From Balanoglossus misakiensis (taxonomy: Eukaryota > Animalia > Hemichordata): a DNA stretch of 64,000 bases. The first letter of the stretch is position 1, and each line of letters opens with the position of its first letter. The translations under genes were made by a program, and so were the position numbers. The notes under the pieces are model-generated. The model worked only from the letters and a program-made list of their open reading frames with translations, ran no database searches and was not told the origin of the DNA. Of this stretch, positions 35,893 to 48,271 are shown piece after piece. The DNA is taken from assembly GCA_040954595.2 (NCBI GenBank), contig CM082581.2, positions 6,316,699 through 6,380,698 of the forward strand, read 5' to 3'.

Positions 35893-38800
35893 ATGGCGGC
35901 CAGCAAGGGAGCTGACGCGTACGACTACATCGTTGTCGGTGCGGGTAGCGCGGGTTGTGTTCTCGCAAACCGTTTATCGGAAAACGAGAACGTCACTGTT
36001 CTGCTGATCGAGGCTGGCCCCGAAGACACCAAGCCAGACATCCACGACCCTGTCCGGCAGAATGGGACATTGCTGTCCGAAATTGATTGGCAATACAAGG
36101 TAAAACGTGTTAATATTCTCTAGACAATCTTGTTTTCTCTATTTATCCCAAAATGTGCGTCTGTTACGTTCGAGGAACTTCGGACTTAATGCTCATCGGC
36201 CAGATTGCACTTTTTTGAAAACCTTCTGAAATAGACGTTCGATTATATGTAACCTTGACTGACTTTACATACTGTACTGAACCGACGGAAGGTTAGAGGT
36301 TAGCAAACGATTTATTTTTCAGGCGCCCTTGCCAAAAGAATGATTAATCACGTGACACTCCGCCTCATTTCACTGTTCTGAATAAAGTACGAAAGGTCAT
36401 GTACGATGCTCAAGGAGTGACCCTTGACATGATTTTGCACATCTCGGCATCTACAGCAGATAAATCCTTTGCATTTGGTGGGATAAAACACCTGATGGAG
36501 TCTGATGCTTTAAGTCATTAATTATGCAAACATTCTAATTGTAGGCTAACCAATCGGGTTAGAAGTTCGTTTTTGTTGAGCATGGACAAGCATGGCACCA
36601 ACCTTTGTGATACAATTTAGGGTGACTTTGTGGTGACCGAGATCTACTTTTCCACATCTACAATGCAATTTGCATATATATCAACGCTGCGCACTTACCC
36701 TTATATAAACCAGAAATCCTGAACCACATCTGATGAAACTTGTCATAGATATTGTTTCCACATCTTTTAAACTGTATTTTGACACAATTTACAGTTTTTA
36801 ATTAATAGACTGCATATTCGCCGTATTTTATGAATTAGTCCTATAATTCTGAAATCGCCGCACCGAATTTGCACTCTTATTTTGCATTTTAAATGACATG
36901 TACAATTATGAATAATTTGTATTCATTTCTATATGATTTACGATAAAAGTAAGTTATTGTTTATTTTACAGACGACACCGCAGAAGCATGCATGCTTTGC
37001 CATGAACGAGCATCGCTCTTACTGCCATAGAGGAAAGGTCAGTTTGCGAGAAATTGAATTACATAACCCCATTTGGTCATTTTGTCTCAAAACATGTATA
37101 GCCCTGCGTACAGGTCTGTGTATTCCTGGGCCTACTACAGGAACACACAGATCTGTACGCAGGGATATTTGGAGATACGCGAGTTTTATAGGCCAAATAA
37201 AAATATTCATTTTCCTCATGTTCGTAAACTCTGTGATTTTTTTATCGCACGCTCTTCTATGCCCTGCGTGTCTTCCAGGTTCTTGGCGGCACCAGTAGTC
37301 ACAACTCCATGATGTATAGGAGAGGTTGCAAAGAGGATTACGATTCCTGGGCGAGACTGGGAGCTGAAGGATGGAGCTACGATGAAGTGCGTCCGTACTT
37401 TCTGAAATCCGAAAACAATACCAAGTAAGTTTTGTTCTCCAAGAGTAGAAAGACACTAACGTTTTCAAGGAAGTCTAAGAATATATTTGGAAGGGGAATA
37501 GTGTGCACGTTGGTTTTATAGACCAAGTTATGAGGACGGCGTATGGTTCCCACTTTACAGTGTAAATAAAACGGCGTTCATCAACATGTATAAGCATTAT
37601 TGCAGAAAGTAACTTTGGAATTGCTTAATGATACTTTCTATGTTTAGCGAGGCATATGCAGCAGGTGAATACCATTCCAAAGGAGGGTATCTATCCGTAT
37701 CCGACCAGCCTATTTGTAAGAACACAGAGGCACTCGTTGAAGGAGGTAACTATTCTCACGCTACCATCGTGAATAGAATACATACACTACAGAATTGTCA
37801 ATGCTGTTACTGAGATTATTTAGTTAAAATTGTTGCAATGATAATGTTAGGGTGTCGCATTAGCACTTTATACAATACAATGAACACTTTTGGCTGGAAA
37901 CCACTAAAACAAGTGTGATGCAATGTGGTATATCACATCTCCAGGGCATGGCTTACGTACAGTTGGGTACTTTGCTATAATTGTTACTAAAGAATATACG
38001 CCAAGAACTACATTCCGATCTAGACTTACATCCGGGCTTTTTTCTCTCCATGCAGCCAAGGAACTTGGATACAAGATAAAAGACTTCAACACCTGCATTG
38101 ATCCGGTAAGATAAAATCAATTATGTTTTTAAAGGCACAGTGAGTGTTTTTTTATTGAAATTCTGACTTATGGTCAACATGCGTTGTTTGTTCATTTTTC
38201 AGGAGTGTTTCAGCTACGCCCAAGCGACCATAAAAGATGGCAAACGATGCAGTACAGCTGTTGGGTTCCTTAATCCAGTAAAAGACCGGAAAAACCTAAC
38301 AATCTGGACCGAGACCATGGCAACCAAAGTAAGAATGAGATTTTAACACTTGGGGTCATCGAGAAAAGATATTTCCTTAAAGGAACTTATTGACATGCTT
38401 ATCATGCATTTTTCGCTTTGTGGATTGTTTTATTGGGTTTGTCAAAGAGTTGTGATACATGTACATAAACACATGTGCGAATTGTTTTGTTGAAGAATGA
38501 AGTGAATGAAGGTTACGAGGGAGCTGGAGCCCGTTATACATACATACATTGTGGACATTGCACATACATTTTAATTAGCGCATGCGTGGCGTACATTTTC
38601 AGATCGTCTTCGAAGGCAAGAAAGCAACAGCGGTCAATTTCTTGAAGGATGGCAAAAGTGGCACAGTAAAAGCAAACAAAGAAGTGGTTTTGTCTGCTGG
38701 AGCCATAGCATCTCCTCAGGTATACAATTGAAGTCATTATTGTCAAGAGCCTCCACGAATTCCTTTCAGCTAGTAAGGTTTGTGTCACCCAAAAGTCCTC

Positions 38801-41477
38801 GTATGACTTGAAAAGGAATACGCGGATCGTGTCTCCGGCATGCTGCCCCCTTCAATGGACATATGTCGAATGGTGTTCGTTCCTCGCCCATCAACCAATT
38901 GGTTATTGTATTTATGTGCAAAAAATTGCACTCTTACTCATCGCCTTTGATCGCACATCTCCCGCTGATATAGACACCGCATGAATGAACAAATCTGTGT
39001 AGTTTTCTCTCAAGAACAACGTCAAGACATGAATGTACAATTTTACATCAGTCTAACACTGTTTTGTATATAAAAACAACTGTTTCTTTAAGCTTCTTAT
39101 GCTGTCCGGCGTGGGACCGCGAGATCACCTCGAAGCACTGGGGATACCTGTGGTTTGTGATCTCCCAGTTGGACAGAATTTGCAGGTAATACTAAAACAC
39201 ACCAATTACATCCGTGTAATTAGATGGTCTGTTGCATCGTCTTATCGAGACCAATATATAATGCGTCCACCCCGATTGTACCAAGTAAATCGTCTCAACA
39301 ACAACAACAACAACAACAACTAAAACAACATCAACAACTACAGCATGAACAACAATAATAATAATAGCAAAACAAGTGAGATTTACAAGTGAAGCTGATT
39401 TTGTTCAAAAAAATTAATCGTCGTTATCTGGCGATTTGCATACATGTGCGTACATTATACCGGTATATAAACTGACGTTATATCTTTTCTCGCAGGATCA
39501 CCTCATGATTCCCGTGAAATATAAAGGCAATGCAGGTGGTATTGGAAAGGTACATTTGCACCAAAATTCCCTCATGTACATGTATGTTACTACAAACCGA
39601 CATTTACGCGTGGAGCTTTTTTTCTTTTGACAGAGATAAATTATAAGGTCCAGCAACTTTGAATTTCAAAATGCAAACTTGGTCTCGCTTTCCAGACCTC
39701 GCTCGCTCCGCTTATGCAACGTTCGCCGCTTGCGGTGCGACATGGCGAGGAACAGAGCAACAGCCCGAGTCTGAAAAATATCAACCCTCACGTGACAGTT
39801 AATAAATATGTAAGTGATCGTGTTAACCTGCATTTAAATTTTCCAGGACTGGAGCACAAACAGCCTAGAACTTGATGGATTTATCAAGACAGTTGTAAGT
39901 ATTAGTATCTAGTATTAAACAAGCAGAATAGTGAATTACAGATTGGAACTATCTTTGTATAACATAGCCAGGTCACGTGTGTTTGTTTTGTACTTTAACG
40001 TTTTCTTTTAATTCATCTCGTCAACCAGGAAGGACTTCCATGGCCTGACATACAGATATTCTACGTGCCATGGTTTTATTTCATGAAAAGCGGCGAAAAG
40101 AACCTGTTGAATATAAGCGAGGAGTGAGTACAATATATTATAAATTTCCGTATGCATGCATTGAATCAAGTATGGAATTTGAAGTTTATTTACACTCGAT
40201 GTGAATGAAAGTGCGTGTACGTTCAGATGCAGTTTATAACATTTCTGTTTGGCGCCACCAGTTTGTCCAAAGTCATATTATCTCTTCACCTAAATAGATT
40301 TTTTGAACAATTTACTGGTGTTAAATGATTCAATCCTACACATAAGATTATAACCATTTTTGTTTCAATCGCTCTCTTGCCAGATTTGGGAAATCTCTGG
40401 AACATGCGGACGATGCTGTCATGGACGCGGGGGAGCCAAAGGGGATCACTTTTATCCCTGGGCTGCTTCATCCCAAGAGCGTTGGCGACATCAAACTTGC
40501 CAGCCAAAACCCACTGGATCATCCATTAATTGATCCCCACTACTTGGAAGACGAGGAGGATGTTAAAACTGTAATAAGGGTGCGTGTTCTTTAAGAACAG
40601 GACAAGAATTTCACACTTGCGTTTTGTTTATGGATGTACATGTATTTTGCCATAACATCAGGAATACCATATTTACCGTAATTATGATTCATTTGTGTTC
40701 TTTCTATAGGGTATCCGCGTTGTTCAGAAGTTGATGAGTACCAACGCCATGAAGGGTCATGGGTAAGTTAAATCGTTTGTGGAACACAGATATGTTTGGT
40801 TTTCAATCTTGATACATGGTGGACGTATGCGCAGAGCGGAGACATAGACGTGTATATAGACAAACACAGGTGCAGACAGGCAAGCAGATAGGCAGACGGA
40901 CCTGAAGTGAGGATGAAACCCCAATAGACATAAGATATATAACTTCGTTGGTCTTGTTTCAGGATAACACCGTTTTACTTCAAGTTTGCCGATTGCCCCC
41001 ATGAGGTAGACAGCGATGCATACTGGGAGTACGCCACCCGCCACTTCACTCTGACGATTTGGCACCCAATAGGGACTTGCAAGATGGGAGCGCCAGATGA
41101 CCCAACCGCCGTGGTGGACCCCCGTCTCAGGTAATATATAGGATTGACATTCGTATCGCAATCCCTGTGTCTCATAGAATGGGTAACATCGGTCATTTCC
41201 ATTGTGGTAACCCGCACACATTATTTTGGCGTGGTGTTTGGGCATCGACATTAGAGCAGTATAGGCCCATATTCCATAATTTTAGCATTATTAAGAGCGC
41301 AATTTCTCAGTAGCTTATTGAATCCCTGTCTTTCGATTAATTTGCAGAGTACGGGGATTGGAGAACATTCGCGTGGCGGATGCCGCCATCATGCCGCACC
41401 TGCCATCTGGCAATACCAACGCCCCCTGCATAATGATCGGCGAAAAGGCTTCGGACTTGATTAAAGAAGACATGTGA
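35893..41477 (+). CDS. GMC oxidoreductase 5, 15 coding exons, with SSHNS flavinylation motif
   Basis: Intact; [34 protein letters not shown]; 2-codon insertion in exon 12, one codon shorter in exon 4. An in-frame upstream ATG lies at 35872. Confidence 0.92.
39297..39370. repeat. (CAA)n/(TAA)n microsatellite
   Basis: Visible in GMC5 intron 8. Confidence 0.85.
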
Positions 41478-42407
41478 TCTGGAGCTCACGAAGAGTATTC
41501 CGATCAGGAGTGTCGATATATTATTAACCCAGATTAAACTTTTTTTTCTTCTTGTGAGATTATTAACGAACTTATAAAGGGCATTATCAAAAAAGGTATT
41601 TCAATGTATATTCAACAGCGTTTATGGAATGCCATGCCTGTCACAAGGTTTAGGCATTGCATAACATATAATGTGGATGTATCCTCGTTTGTTATGCAAG
41701 TTTAGGGTGTATATCCACCGATCATAAACTTAATTACGTATAATTAATTTTAGAAACTGAGGCAATTCAAATTTTTCACAATCGTCATCTTGAGTGGAAT
41801 TTGTTCCCCGTTATCTCTTGAACAGAAAATTCATGACAGAATGTAGAAGAACTGGAATGATGTCATTATCGAATCTTTTATCTGATTGACTCGTGAGATA
41901 ATGTATAATATTGGCCATTGGCTTTTGAAAGTGGTTGGTTTCAGACAATAAATTTATTTTGCCTCGATATACTTTTCGACTGTAATTTCTTGGCGTATAA
42001 GTGACCTTCACCCAATTGTACGTTTTTGCAACACCATATACCTACATGTATTTCTCTAAAGGATTTCGAAAGACGTGTATTCGTAAGGAACTGAGTTCAC
42101 GCAGAATCTGTTCACATTTAAATCTTCCATCGAATGTTAATCAAGGCTACCTATAGCACAGAATAAGACAGATGCACAGTTTACAAGAGAGATTAAATAA
42201 TTTCACGTTCCATCTATACATTGGATCTAATTAGCATATATTTTTGCTTCACACGAACCGCAGGTTTGTTTGAGACAAAATGTCCCCAACGAATCATGTC
42301 CGCATTCGTCCTCCCCCCCCCCCTCGCAAAAATGGTACAGCCTGCAGACCATGTTTTGAAGTCATCGTGCGAGGCCGCTCGCGCTTGGTCGATGGTTATT
42401 ATTCAAC

Positions 42408-45400
42408 ATGGCGGCCAGGGAAGAACCCGGTTATGATTACGTTATTATCGGTGCTGGAAGCGCCGGTTGTGTTGTCGCAAACCGGTTATCAGAAGACGAG
42501 AGCACCAGTGTTCTGCTGCTAGAAGCTGGCCCCGAAGACACAAAACCGGAAATCCATGTTCCCGAAAAGCAGAAGAGTACTTTACTGACCGAAATTGATT
42601 GGCAATACCAGGTTAAGTCATAGACCCACTCAAGGGTCTACAGTTGAATATATAATACTACTATTCTGCAACATGGTGGAGGTCCCCCTTTGTCCCTTAC
42701 ATGTGTGGCTCTCTGCTTTAATTTAGAAGTTTCCTTTAGATGCTGCACGATTACTTAATACATCGGCAAAATCTTGTTCTCCCCATGGAAGATTTCGATT
42801 CAAATGTTTTAAAGGTTATCGTCCCGGATGACCTATAGGCCTAAGTAAAGATGTAGTGAGTCTGGGTCACCGCAGTGTCGCTCTTATCACATGCGTCAGA
42901 AAAATAGGCAGTATACATCTTACGTGAGGTTTTGTTGTAAGTTATTAGCAGGATTTCCGTAATGCATACCATGGAATACTTTATTTTCACTTGAATTGAT
43001 TTTCTTAATGATAGAAACTGTTGAAAACTAATCTGAATTATATTTTCAATATTCTTGTCAACGTATGTATACAGAACGGGTAACTTAATTTTACAAGGAA
43101 TACATGGCAAAAAACGGGATTTGTTTGTTGGTACAGATGTCAAAATTTAGCATGATTACTGGCGTTTTAATCACTTTATACATAGAGTGCAGCTTTTGCA
43201 ATAAGAGATTACTACAAGATTCAATTTAGTAGCAACAGCAGCCAAACCAGCGACACGTTATCTTTGAAAGTGTAACAACGCTCATTCGTAATATATACTT
43301 GAATTTTGTTTCTTTATTCCTACTATATTTCATATGCTTTAATCTACAGACAGTTCCACAGAAACACGCATGCTTTGCTTTAAAAGACCATCGTTGCAAC
43401 TGGAGCAAAGGAAAGGTGAGTCTAATAGACAACAAATCCTGGCTTTGACTGCTAAAACATACTAGTGCAGCTGTTCAGCATGACAAATGGTTTTTATATA
43501 CTGGAACTGATGAAATTGGATCTCTAACGCCCAGAAACCCCCATAAGAAATGAATGGAAAAATTGACAAATGTTGTAGTTAAAATATGATCCAATGAAGG
43601 TTAGCATTACCTGCATGTGTGGTTTTCAGGTTCTTGGCGGATCAAGCAGCATCAACGCCATGATGTATGTCAGAGGCTGCAAAGAAGACTTCGATTCCTG
43701 GGCAAGACTGGGAGCTAAAGGGTGGAGCTACGACGAAGTTCTGCCTTACTTTTTGAAGTCAGAAAACAATACCAAGTGAGTTTCGTCCTCATGAATTTGA
43801 AGATAGTATGATGCTCCTAGGTAATGTGACGCTGGTTGCATTATCGCAGGAGTATAGAACAAGCAGTTTGATGTTGTATATTGTTCCAGCTGACAATAGT
43901 CCGCCTCATATTTGAACACCAACACATTGAAATGTGTACTTTCAAACATGCGTGTTGTATTTCAATCTGGTGAATTATTTTATACATTATGTTATTTTAT
44001 ATGTATGTTCATTTTGATATTTAAAACGCGTTTCCTCAGTAAGGAATACGTAGGAAATGAATACCATTCTGAAGGAGGATATCTAACCGTATCTGACCTA
44101 ACAGCTACTAGCAAGACGAGCGAGCTGATTATTGAAGGAGGTAACACTAATAAGTAATAAGTCAGCGACCACATTTAACGTAAGTGTTTTACTGTAAAGG
44201 CATCCATAGTGTTACCAATGCTACTTCTGTAACGTTCATGTTGTTTTTTGGCCAGAAAGACACGTGGTTTTTCTTACTTTCTTACTGTTTCCTTTCTTCC
44301 CACAGCCAAGGAATTGGGTTTCAAGCAAAATGACGTCAACAATTGTATTGATCCGGTAAGATGAAATCTGTTTGTAATTTTAATGATATCGTTTTGTTCC
44401 CGTGCTATAAGGCTCACGTAAATTATTTCATTTGCAGGTTGGCTTTAACTACATGCAAGCGAACATTAGAGATGGTAATCGATGCAGCACAGCCGATGCT
44501 TTTCTGAACCCGGCGAAGGGAAGGAAAAACCTGACAATCTGGACAGAATCTCTGGCAACAAAGGTAAAAAGTTTGCGTTATCATAATTTACTTCACCTGG
44601 ACTCCGCGTGTTTCGGAAATAAGCGTGTTTATGAAATATACACTTTTGATCGGATTGGATCGGTGTATAACAACCTATTAATTACAATACATGTATGTTA
44701 TTCAAGACGATCATTCTATATCTTGTACTTAAAATCTCGTGGATCCAGTCATTCTCATGGCATATGTGCATTTTCAGATCGTGTTCGACGGCAAGAAAGC
44801 AACCGCGGTTCTGATCTTGAAAAACGGCAAGACTGACACAGTAAAGGTGCAAAAAGAGGTTATTCTTTCTGCAGGGTCCATAGCATCTCCTCAGGTAAGA
44901 CAGACAGACAGGCAGAGGGGCAGGTAAACAGACAAACAGACAGTACTTAAAGACGAAGATTTGATCGATGTATTTCAAGAAAATCTTGGTTGTTTGTTCA
45001 CTTTATAAACTTCGTATTTTAGTAAACGCTATATACATCAGGGTTCATAAACACAAAGCTTTTTCTGGTATACATACATTTTCTTAGAATACAATCGAAT
45101 GCGCCTTTCCAAAGTTTGGGCATCTGGACCAGCTCCTTGACGTACAAGAATACTTGACCAAAATCTTGTGATCAAACATGCTGCCACGATTAACCTACTA
45201 AATGCTATACTTTCCCTAAAATATACCTTTAGGTGCTCATGTTGTCTGGTGTAGGACCCCAAGATCATCTTCGTGACTTAGGAATACCTGTCGTGAGTGA
45301 TTTGCCAGTGGGACAGAATTTACAGGTATCAAATGACTGGAAATTACATCTAATCACATGGACTCATGGGTGCCTAATAAAGGACGTTTTCCTGTTGAAA

Positions 45401-47691
45401 TGTCACAAATGAAAACCGTTTCCCTTTAAAAGATAGCCCCGTTTGTATGTGCGTCACCGTCATCAGGCTTTGTGGACAGAGACTACCGTAAAATGTATAT
45501 ACATGTAATACGCCCCAAGAGGTGATCCTTATATAGTACATGCGTTTGTGACCTCTAGCTCTCCTGAATCAACTTTTATTTGACTTCAAGTTGTCTCTAA
45601 TAAAGTACCACTGTTTACGAGGGACTGTGATTTGTATCATAGGACGACGAAATAGTGGCAAAAAATTCATGTTTTAGTGTGTGTTTTTTCACAGGACCAT
45701 ATCTTGGTATTGGTGAGATACAAAGGTAACGCTGGCGGCATTGGAAAGGTGCGTTCATATAACCCTGTCCACTGTTAATTATTTGCCTCGGGACATTCTA
45801 GTTCAGTGGCTGCGTGTATTAATTAAAAGTGCATTATGTGATGCTCGCGTGGTTTGTTGGCGCAATACAAGTTGTAAATGAATCTACATGAATGTATATG
45901 TGTTTTTTTCAGGACTGGGCCACAAATCATCTGGAAGTCTGTGGCTTTTTCAAAACCGAGGTAAGGCCGAGTGTTCACTACCTGAGAGAAACTATAAAAT
46001 GTTACTTTAATCACAAGCTACCATTTCCATTTCACACAGTGACTATTTTCAGCGGCGATTTTTGAACATTAATATTATTATTGTCGAAATTAAATCTTCT
46101 AGTGATAAAATGAAAACTTTTAAATTATGCAAATTTTCAAGCTGTTATAAATATATATCAGATATCGGTAACATCCATATCGCTAGCACTCTTTTGTTCT
46201 ATTTTGTGCTTGCAATCATAAGCCAAATATTTGATTATCGCAACTTTTAAAGGAGCATACAAACTTTTCGCCTACGCTCTTCTTATTCGATCAACAAAAC
46301 AGGAAGAACATCCCTGGCCTGACATACAATTATTCTTCATACCAACGTACTATTGTGAAAAGACAGTATGCAACATCAGCGAGCAGTGAGTATCGCCCAC
46401 GTCATAGCTTTTGCGAATATTATGCCTTAGACGCGTTTGAATTATGTCAACTACTCCAATTTTTTATTCGAGCCATTTTCCCATTTTGGCCGATATTATA
46501 TCTCTCATTCAACCTGAGTTCTCTGTTATATAGTATCGTTTAACTGATATTATCCGCATGTATCTGTACACCAAGATCGTATACATGTATGTACAATGCG
46601 TATCTCGCATCACTACTCGCATCTTATCGTGCAACCCGTGATGTCAACTTTTTCCGACCAGATTTAGCAAAGCCCTGGAGCATACCGACGATGATGTGAT
46701 GAATGCCACAGAGGGGATACTATTCTTTCCGGGACTACTTCACCCAAAAAGTGTTGGCGACATCAAACTTGCCAGTCAAAATCCTTTGGATCATCCAATA
46801 ATTGATCCCCACTATTTGGAGCAACAAGAAGACGTACAGACATTGTTAAAGGTGAGAATTAGCGCTGACCCGTGTCAAATTTGAAATGACTGCTGATTTT
46901 CACGTTTCAACAACCGAAACCGAATACTGATTGAGGTGTTTTCTCTCCATTTTAAAGAGCGTTCGTGTTATTCAGAAGTTGATGAATACTAAGGCTATGA
47001 AGGGTCACGGGTAAGTCTTAATATCAAATTGAAATACGAAAACATTAATGACGTTTGTGATGTACAAAAAGAGGAAGAGAGACAGACAGACACGTGTCGG
47101 GGAAAAAACAGTAGACATTATGATAGTATAACATTAAAACAGACAAGATGAGTAAAACTCAAACTCTTCTTACAGAATAATTCCGTCATATTTCAAGTTC
47201 GACAACTGCCCCCACGAGGTGGACAGCGATGCATACTGGGAACACGTCATTCGTCACTTAACACTTACGGTATGGCACCAAGTAGGGACTTGTAAAATGG
47301 GAGCCTCTGATGACCCATCTGCCGTGGTTTATCCGTGCCTCAGGTAACATTCCCATGTGACTCTATTCGTGTACATGCATTGAAGAAATGTCGTTCATTC
47401 TAGACTAAAAGAATGGCGAAGTGATGTTTTTCCTCAAAGCCTGTTGTATAGCAAGACTTGGCAACTTCCTTGTAACGTTGTTTAACTATCGTCGTCAATT
47501 TTCATTCGTAGAAAATTGTGTATTCTTGCATATAAATGCGAACACTTCATTTCTGTTTCAGAGTCCGCGGACTAGACAACGTCCGTGTTGCGGATGCTTC
47601 CATCATGCCACACCTGACATCTGGCAATACAAACGCCCCTTGCATAATGATCGGTGAAAAGGCTTCAGATTTGATTAAGCAAGACATGTGA
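42408..47691 (+). CDS. GMC oxidoreductase 6, 15 coding exons
   Basis: Open frame throughout; [18 protein letters not shown]; in-frame 12-nt deletion in exon 11 and a VVDP>VVYP change relative to its twin GMC7. Confidence 0.9.
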
Positions 47692-48271
47692 TGTGGAGCT
47701 CATGAAGTGTATTCTGATCAAGATTTTCGAGACATTGACCACTCTGAATATATTGTTCTTTAATTCGAGATACCTCTATCATGACGCCCCCTCAACCTTG
47801 CAGAGCAAAGGCAAAAGCCATTATATCTGGAAAGGTTTCGGATTTGATTAAGCAAACAATGCGATTTTTTGCGCTAAAACAAGTGGAAGAAGAGATGTAT
47901 CTTAAATAAAAATAAAAACAGCTATATCTGCATAGTATCACTGACTTCATATAGCCATAGCCTAGTTTATGTAATACACAGCATGTCTGGTTAGGCCTAT
48001 ATACATATCAGGAACTGGGGCAAAATACGGGTCATACCCTTTTGCAGCAGGTATATGTCAACGCACAAGACATGGACGGATAATAGTGTGTGTATGCAAC
48101 ACGCATTCGCATGACATGACTTCATGACCCTCACAAACCAGTTTGAGACAAATTGTCCCCGGCGAGTCATGTTCGCCGTTCGCCCCCTCGCCAAAATGGT
48201 ACAGCCTGCAGACCATGTTTTGAAGTCATCGTGCGAGGCCGCTCGCGCTCGGTCGATGGCTATCATTCAAC

